Shown here in pieces: positions 58,523 to 64,000 of a DNA stretch of 64,000 nucleotides. The DNA comes from a virus. Position 1 is the first letter of the stretch. The number at the start of each line of letters is the position of its first letter. The stretch is from the IMG/VR virus record IMGVR_UViG_3300018080_006015, positions 1 through 64,000 of that record; one strand, 5' to 3'. The position numbers and the translations under genes were made by a program. The notes beneath the pieces were generated by a model, which worked only from the letters and a program-made list of their open reading frames with translations, searched no databases and was not told where the DNA came from.

Positions 58523-59306
58523 AGACAGATTTGCTGAGAACCAATTTATTGTATTAAAAGACGATAAGTGGTTAGAAAGACAGCGATATGCCGGCTCGGT
58601 TGTGGCGAAGTGTTTATATCAAGCAAGACAAATGATAGAGCAAAAAACTCCTAATTTGTCATTAAAAGATATTGAGCATGAGTGTGTTAAAATAATAAAA
58701 GACAAAGATTGTTATCCTACCTTCTTGAATTATAAGGGGTTTCCCGGGGCTATATGTGCGTCTGTTAACAAGCAATTAGTCCACGGGATTCCCTCTAATT
58801 ATAAATTAAAAAATGGTGATATTGTAAAAATTGATATTGGCGCTACTTTTGAAGGTGCTATAGGAGATGCTGCAATAACTGTTATTTATGGCGATCCCAT
58901 TTTATCTAAACATACAGAAATGATTGAAGTTTGTAAAAAATCATTATATTTGGCAATATCATCTATTGAAGTTGGAAAAAGGTTGGGCATAATCGGCGAA
59001 ACTATAGATAAATATGTAAAATCATCGGGTTTTAAGCTGATAGCCTCATATGGTGGTCATGGAATTTCATACAATACCCCACATGCGCAACCTTTTGTAT
59101 CGAATCGTGCAAATAAAGATAGTGGCGTTAGAATACAGCCGGGAATGTCTATTACTATAGAACCAATGGTAACTATTGGTAGTGACAAGACAAAAGTAGA
59201 ACGAGATGGTTGGACAGTTACTACAAAAGATGTATCCTCACATTTTGAGCACTCTTTATTTATACGTGAAGATTCAGTAGAAATTCTTACTAAATTGGAA
59301 AATTAA
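58515..59306 (+). CDS. map: Methionine aminopeptidase type I
   Basis: CASVN..LVHGIP, IVKIDIG, GDAA, GGHGI, TIEPMV, DGWTV.T.D..S.HFEH. Start MNKDRF at 58515. Confidence 0.93.
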   Translation: MNKDRFAENQFIVLKDDKWLERQRYAGSVVAKCLYQARQMIEQKTPNLSLKDIEHECVKIIKDKDCYPTFLNYKGFPGAICASVNKQLVHGIPSNYKLKNGDIVKIDIGATFEGAIGDAAITVIYGDPILSKHTEMIEVCKKSLYLAISSIEVGKRLGIIGETIDKYVKSSGFKLIASYGGHGISYNTPHAQPFVSNRANKDSGVRIQPGMSITIEPMVTIGSDKTKVERDGWTVTTKDVSSHFEHSLFIREDSVEILTKLEN

Positions 59307-59307
59307 A

Positions 59308-59484
59308 ATGAGAATAGAATTCGATGAAAAAGGTAATAATTTTATTGAAATAAGGGAAGTGGGGGAGAATATCGCTGTAATATTATCTTCTCAAGACGGA
59401 AATAATATTTCAAAAACAATTGTAAATTCGGTATATTTAACAAAGGAGCAATTTTCGAATATTATTAAAGAGCTAGGGTTATAA
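59308..59484 (+). CDS. Small hypothetical protein (58 aa, below the ORF-track cutoff)
   Basis: MRIEFDEKGNNFIEIREVGENIAVILSSQDG...KELGL; starts 1 nt after the map stop. Confidence 0.6.
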   Translation: MRIEFDEKGNNFIEIREVGENIAVILSSQDGNNISKTIVNSVYLTKEQFSNIIKELGL

Positions 59485-59589
59485 TCAGATTTTATCTATT
59501 TGTCGAGTAGTAATGTTTAAGTTATATTGTGTTGTAATCGTGTAACTAGTACAAATTATAGGAGAAATTAAAATTGTAGGAGAATATTT

Positions 59590-59925
59590 ATGAAAGCCAG
59601 ACTAAATAAAGTAAAAGTTGATATTTTAGTTAATAGAATAAATAGGCGTAAGCTTACAAATAATACTCAGCGCGCATTGTTGTCATTGTTGATTCGTAAG
59701 GGACAATGGATGTCAAGAACTACGTTACGTATGCCAAATGTAGGTTCTCGTATTCGTGATCTGCGAAAATCAGAGTTTGGCGCCTTTAAAGTAGATTGTG
59801 TAAATGCAAATAAACTTAGTCGTAAGCGAGGAAGTAAGATTACGACACGTCCAACTTATTATAGGTTGGATCCTAAATCAATAACACTAAAGGCCTTAAA
59901 ACGAGCGTTTAAGGGGGTGATATAG
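59590..59925 (+). CDS. Basic winged-HTH-like DNA-binding protein
   Basis: Very Arg/Lys-rich; GSRIRDLRK...YYRL pattern; two TAGGAGA SD-like sites upstream. Confidence 0.6.
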   Translation: MKARLNKVKVDILVNRINRRKLTNNTQRALLSLLIRKGQWMSRTTLRMPNVGSRIRDLRKSEFGAFKVDCVNANKLSRKRGSKITTRPTYYRLDPKSITLKALKRAFKGVI

Positions 59926-59960
59926 AGACTAAAATTAATATTTAGCAGACCGTTGTGTAT

Positions 59961-60000
59961 AAAACCCGGTGACGATTTCGTCACCGGGTTTTTTGTTTTT
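59961..60000 (+). terminator. Rho-independent terminator, probably bidirectional
   Basis: aaaacccggtgacg-attt-cgtcaccgggtttt, a perfect 14-bp inverted repeat followed by a T-tract; separates the replication block from the tail-fibre block. Confidence 0.9.
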
Positions 60001-60116
60001 ACACAACCCGTGTTTCCATTATCTAATTATTTTTACAGGCATATTTGAGCATACTTGTGAGATCGTACAGAAATACCTGTAATATATGTTTTTTAACAAC
60101 AAAGTAAAGCTGAAAT

Positions 60117-60686
60117 ATGGGTTATAGTAGTTATCCAAATAAAGTAGATGGTTCAATTGAGCTTCCACCAACTGTTGACAATGTTACACCTGTTAAAGGC
60201 GAAGTTGTTAACAGATTAAGAGATGCCATTATTGCTATAGAATCTGAACTTGGTGTGTTGCCTAGTGGGACATATGGTACCGTTAGAGCCAGGTTAGATG
60301 CTATGGAGGCTCTATTAAGCTGGTTAATTAAAAAAGTTACCGGTGGTGGTACGGGTGCAGCTGGTGGAGTTCCAACACATAAAGATAAGGCGCTAAGTCC
60401 GTTTGTCACTGCTGGAGATGGTTCTTGGACCGGATTGTCATTAACAAAGACTCCTGCAAAAGCGACAAACGGAAATGCCTATGTAACCGTTACCATTAAT
60501 GGATTATCAAGTGTTGTTGGTAATGGTGCGATAAATAGAGAGTGTTATTTTTCCGGTGATGGTGGGGCTACGGCAAGAACTTATAAGCAATTACAAGCCG
60601 GAGATCGTTTATATTGGAATGGTATTATTGCTAATATGGAGCTGGATCCTAATGATACAGTAGATTTTCATTATGACGTTGTTTAA
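60117..60686 (+). CDS. Putative virion structural protein (fibre-associated)
   Basis: N-terminal SSYP..VD...VNRLRDAIIAIESELG..P.G...TV.ARL helical anchor-like segment; C-terminal beta domain shared with the ORF at 63346. Confidence 0.6.
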   Translation: MGYSSYPNKVDGSIELPPTVDNVTPVKGEVVNRLRDAIIAIESELGVLPSGTYGTVRARLDAMEALLSWLIKKVTGGGTGAAGGVPTHKDKALSPFVTAGDGSWTGLSLTKTPAKATNGNAYVTVTINGLSSVVGNGAINRECYFSGDGGATARTYKQLQAGDRLYWNGIIANMELDPNDTVDFHYDVV

Positions 60687-60701
60687 TTTAGTAGGGCAAA
60701 T

Positions 60702-63287
60702 ATGAGCGGCAAAGTAAATCTAAAACAACTATTTCAATCTGATGCGGTTGGAGGCGGAATTATCCATTATGATGGTGATAATTGGGCGTCTTTTAATTCA
60801 ATGTGCGTATTTGATCATATTGCCGGCCTCGGGGATGGTTATTGTGATTCAATTGTGTGGATATTTAATGATGATCAACAACCTGTATTAGGTCAGCTTG
60901 GGTCTCTAAGTGGTGATGGTTACGATTTTATTATTCAAGCACAACCAACTACAGCTCCTGGATCACGGGGTGGTCATTTGGTTTTATCTCCTGGTGTTGG
61001 GGATGCATCTAATGGAGAGGTTATTTTTGTAGTTGGAGCAATTGGTGGACCAGCAGCTGTTGATATGGCCGTTTTAGGTCGTGATGTTGATGGTCCATAT
61101 TTTGAATTTACAGAAGATGCTGATGTGTGGCTTGGTCATGGCATAAGAGAATCAGCTGGTAATGGAAGATTATTACATTTTGAAGCGCAAGAGTCTATTT
61201 CAGCTTTTTCACGTGGTGGAGAACTAAGGTTAAGTGGTGGTGTAGGTGAGGCAACCGCAAATTGGCACGGCCCTGTTACAATTTATAGTGGTTCAACTCA
61301 GGCGGCATCTTTTGATTATTATCATGCCGATATAGATGTTAGGGTTGAGATTGAGCCGGCAGGTCTTGTTGCTACTGGAGAAAGTGCGGTAGATGTAGAT
61401 TTAAACATTGCTGATGTTGATGATGTTTTTGCCGTAAGTGCCACATATACTCGTGGGACAACAATAAGTGGAGATAAATTATACGGATGTTACGCGGGTA
61501 CACCTGGTGATTATTCTGCGGCTGGCGGTGATAGCAGAGAGGTGAGAGTTGCTGCCTATACAGCTAAAACGCCATTTAATGCTCAGTCAGCTGCAACAAT
61601 ATCAGCATTTTATATTGTTGGAGATTCTTCTGGTACAAATACTTATGATTATGGATTGTTCTGTCGTGATGAAACTCTTAGAATTGGCACAGAAGCTATT
61701 AATGTAAATAACGGCCCTGATATTGAGATCATAGCGGGAGATGGAGAAGAAAGTGGAATTACTAATGGCGGTGATATTATTTTAATAGCCGGTGATGGTT
61801 ATGGAGGTGGAAATGATGGTGTTGTTTATATTCCTGGAAAGCTGACGGTTGACGGTGCTTTAGATCCTATTTCTGTAATTATTCAAGACAAGGTGGCCGG
61901 TGATAGTGCATATTTACAAAGTTATGATGGTTACGCTGTGTCATTCGTTAATCCCGGTGATAATTTTGGCCGAATAAGATACAATGATTTAACGCAGGAT
62001 TGGGAGTATTCAACGCCAAATACTGCTGGTTGGCTGTCTATAGGTACTGGTGGTGGTGCTGGAGAATGGACACAATCGGCTAATACTTTATATCCAACAA
62101 CTGCCACAGTAGATACGTGGCAATTCCAAGAAGATCCGGCTTTGGGTGGAGTATTAATAACTCAAGAAGACAACACTTTGAGTAGTGGTTCGGGAGAGAC
62201 TTTTACCATTAGGGCTCAGGCGGCTACTGGCGGTGGTGGTCGTGGTGGAACATTAGTGTTACAGCAGAGTGCTGGTGCATTTGTTGATGGCAGTGTAGAT
62301 GTTTGGGATGCGGCTACGCCTACACCAAATGTAATAATGAGATGGCTTGATGATGGCCCGTATTGTCATGTTCCAAAATTTGCATTTTTATCTAGCGTAG
62401 TTAATCCGACCATTATTCATGAAGCGATTGCTACTGCGGGGACCGATTTAACCATTCAGGCACAACCATCCGAAGACAATGCTGGTGGAGCATTAATTCT
62501 TAACGGTGGTGGTGGAAGTGTAGTTTCTGGCTCATTTGATGGCGGAAATGTTGAAATAAATGGTGGTGATGCAAATGGAACTGGTGGTAATGGTGGCGAT
62601 ATTCAGTTAACCCCAGGAGGAGGGGGATCGGCGAGTGGTGATGATGGTGAAGTAATAATGATTTTTGGCTCATCAATTGTAAATACAACCTTTACAACTG
62701 ACGTTACTGGATATGTTGGCAGTATAGGAATTGTATTTTCACAAGCATCTACTAATCCAATAATTACGCAAGATGGGGGTGGTTTAAGCGGCGATCCTGG
62801 AGATCCACTGACAATAAAGGCTCAAACAGGAGCTAGCGATGCACAAGGCGGAGAACTTAGGTTGTTTGGTGGAAATGGCACAACTACATTTGCTGGCGGT
62901 GATGTGGTAGTTCACGGCGGTACTTCTTCACTTGGTTCTGGGGGAGAGGTACAATTACAAAGCGCAGCAGGTGCGAGCAGAATAAGAGTAGATGATAGTC
63001 ATTCATATTTGGATGAAGATCTTGAGGTAACAGATGATTACGATATTTATCCCACCACTGATGGACAAGGTAGTGTTGGAACAAATGCCAATAGGTTTGG
63101 GCTTATACGTGGAGTTACTGTTACTTCTGGTGACCTGGCGTTTGACGATAGAAAATGCCCAGTGTGTAATCAAGAGTTTCAGGTAGATGACGAGTTAGCA
63201 TTAAAGGTTATCTGTGTTGAGGATGATGATGTAGGACACAGAATTACAAAGACCGTACCAATGCATCAAACATGTTGTAAATCATAA
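60702..63287 (+). CDS. Glycine-rich tail-fibre-like protein
   Basis: About six I.AQ...GG.L.L.GG.G repeats, GRIRYN...WE motif, C-terminal CPVC...HQTC; 4 DGY motifs. Confidence 0.7.
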   Translation: MSGKVNLKQLFQSDAVGGGIIHYDGDNWASFNSMCVFDHIAGLGDGYCDSIVWIFNDDQQPVLGQLGSLSGDGYDFIIQAQPTTAPGSRGGHLVLSPGVGDASNGEVIFVVGAIGGPAAVDMAVLGRDVDGPYFEFTEDADVWLGHGIRESAGNGRLLHFEAQESISAFSRGGELRLSGGVGEATANWHGPVTIYSGSTQAASFDYYHADIDVRVEIEPAGLVATGESAVDVDLNIADVDDVFAVSATYTRGTTISGDKLYGCYAGTPGDYSAAGGDSREVRVAAYTAKTPFNAQSAATISAFYIVGDSSGTNTYDYGLFCRDETLRIGTEAINVNNGPDIEIIAGDGEESGITNGGDIILIAGDGYGGGNDGVVYIPGKLTVDGALDPISVIIQDKVAGDSAYLQSYDGYAVSFVNPGDNFGRIRYNDLTQDWEYSTPNTAGWLSIGTGGGAGEWTQSANTLYPTTATVDTWQFQEDPALGGVLITQEDNTLSSGSGETFTIRAQAATGGGGRGGTLVLQQSAGAFVDGSVDVWDAATPTPNVIMRWLDDGPYCHVPKFAFLSSVVNPTIIHEAIATAGTDLTIQAQPSEDNAGGALILNGGGGSVVSGSFDGGNVEINGGDANGTGGNGGDIQLTPGGGGSASGDDGEVIMIFGSSIVNTTFTTDVTGYVGSIGIVFSQASTNPIITQDGGGLSGDPGDPLTIKAQTGASDAQGGELRLFGGNGTTTFAGGDVVVHGGTSSLGSGGEVQLQSAAGASRIRVDDSHSYLDEDLEVTDDYDIYPTTDGQGSVGTNANRFGLIRGVTVTSGDLAFDDRKCPVCNQEFQVDDELALKVICVEDDDVGHRITKTVPMHQTCCKS

Positions 63288-63345
63288 ACAACAAAAACAA
63301 CCAACAAAATAGAGAGTCTGACAATAGAAATAACAGGTTAAAATC

Positions 63346-64000
63346 ATGACAAAGGTTGATCTAAAACAATTTGCTCAAAGTGGGGCCGTTGACCAAAACG
63401 TTATTCGGTATAATGCAACTACAGGTTTGTGGGAACCTGGTGTGGCAGCTTTTTCTGGTGGTGGTGGTGCCCCTACAGCAGAAGACAAAAACCTTATACC
63501 ATTTGCTACCGGACCTGGTAATGGACAAGATACCGGAATTGAAATTAGCGAAGAACCAATAGGAGATCGTTATGTTACGGTAATTGTTAATGGTATTTCT
63601 TCTAGTATAGGAGATGGATATACCTCGTTGGACTGTTATTTTTCTATAGATGGTGGTCTTACAGCTTTAAATCTGTCTGCGATCACTACTGGTGCTAGGT
63701 TATATTGGAATAGTACGATTGCTGGGTTTCAGTTGGCTCCCACGGATGTAGTTGATTTAGATTACGATGTGTTAGATGGTTACAGTCCGGGCCCAGGCCC
63801 TAGTGGCGATTGTGGTTGGACAGATGATGGCGCTGTGGTTCGTTTGACAACTATTACTGATTTTGTTGGTGTTGGTACTGTTGCCCCTAATTTGAAGTTT
63901 GATGTTGTTGGTGATATTGGCGTTTCTAGTTCTCTAGTTGTTGGTCCATTAGCCACCGCTGCAACTGTTGGTGAAATTCGATTAAATACTGATAACTGGG
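63346..64000 (+). CDS. Tail-fibre-like protein, 5' part (runs off the window)
   Basis: Open from MTKVDLKQFAQSGA to the window end. Shares its N-terminus with the 60702 ORF and a domain with the 60117 ORF; WTDDG.VVRL...VGVGTVAP..KFDVVG fibre-like motif; 2 DGY. Confidence 0.75.
   Translation, partial: MTKVDLKQFAQSGAVDQNVIRYNATTGLWEPGVAAFSGGGGAPTAEDKNLIPFATGPGNGQDTGIEISEEPIGDRYVTVIVNGISSSIGDGYTSLDCYFSIDGGLTALNLSAITTGARLYWNSTIAGFQLAPTDVVDLDYDVLDGYSPGPGPSGDCGWTDDGAVVRLTTITDFVGVGTVAPNLKFDVVGDIGVSSSLVVGPLATAATVGEIRLNTDNW

Larger units (their letters stand above)
1..64000. mobile_element. Segment of a large (jumbo-type) myovirus-like phage genome
   Basis: Baseplate (gp25-like, J-like), tail-fibre-like, DnaB/DnaC-like, sigma factor, tubulin and RNR genes are densely packed and co-oriented. 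No rRNA, ribosomal protein or cellular housekeeping operon is seen. Confidence 0.88.

Noticed and set aside
139-60053. Possible late-promoter motif (AT-rich run followed by GCATA) upstream of structural genes at about 140, 640 and 60040
   Set aside because: Only three loose, non-identical instances, which cannot be separated from AT-rich background without more genome.
510-63562. Many 60-130 aa ORFs antisense to or overlapping long genes (e.g. 2727..3071, 15004..15333, 48370..48729, 52204..52596, 63371..63562)
   Set aside because: They are shadow frames of well-supported genes with no motifs; 63371..63562 is out of frame with the real ORF starting at 63346.
1-64000. Alternative genetic code (stop-codon recoding as in some jumbo phages)
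   Set aside because: Genes are long and tile tightly under the standard code, and TAA, TAG and TGA all end complete-looking proteins.
1-64000. Giant eukaryotic virus (NCLDV), suggested by the glycosylation genes
   Set aside because: The contractile-tail baseplate genes, sigma factor, DnaB/DnaC, SD sites and overlapping operon structure are bacteriophage-like.
1-64000. tRNA or rRNA genes
   Set aside because: Intergenic gaps are short and AT-rich, and I saw no T-loop/cloverleaf pattern; a tRNAscan-SE run would be needed to exclude them formally.

Overview
This is a 64 kb segment of a large AT-rich tailed bacteriophage (jumbo myovirus-like), read with the standard genetic code and with almost all genes on the + strand. 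It has four blocks. (1) 1-13.6 kb: baseplate/tail genes, namely a gp25-like protein, an enlarged baseplate J/gp6-like protein, a 2232-aa wedge protein with LamG-like domains, and a 990-aa protein with a dockerin-like double Ca-binding repeat. (2) About 14.6-45.9 kb: a glycan-building island of about 31 kb, with about 12 glycosyltransferase-like genes (GT2, GT4, GT10, GT11, CgeB-like, degenerate GT-B), 7 sulfotransferase-like genes, 4 methyltransferases, gmd+fcl, rfbB, a DegT aminotransferase, wbqC, an acetyltransferase and a free-standing LAGLIDADG endonuclease. (3) 46-60 kb: tubulin/FtsZ-family protein, SF2 helicase, DnaC-like loader, DnaB, FmdB-like Zn ribbon, sigma factor, intein-containing class II ribonucleotide reductase and methionine aminopeptidase. 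(4) 60-64 kb: a modular family of tail-fibre-like proteins. The most striking unexplained signal is the tripeptide Asp-Gly-Tyr (DGY). By manual count it occurs 23 times in four putative virion proteins, including tandem DGYx arrays, and I found none in the roughly 50 non-structural proteins. Together with the glycosylation/sulfation island, this suggests a phage-encoded, motif-directed virion modification system; that link is a hypothesis. All calls come from motif reading by eye, with no database searches.
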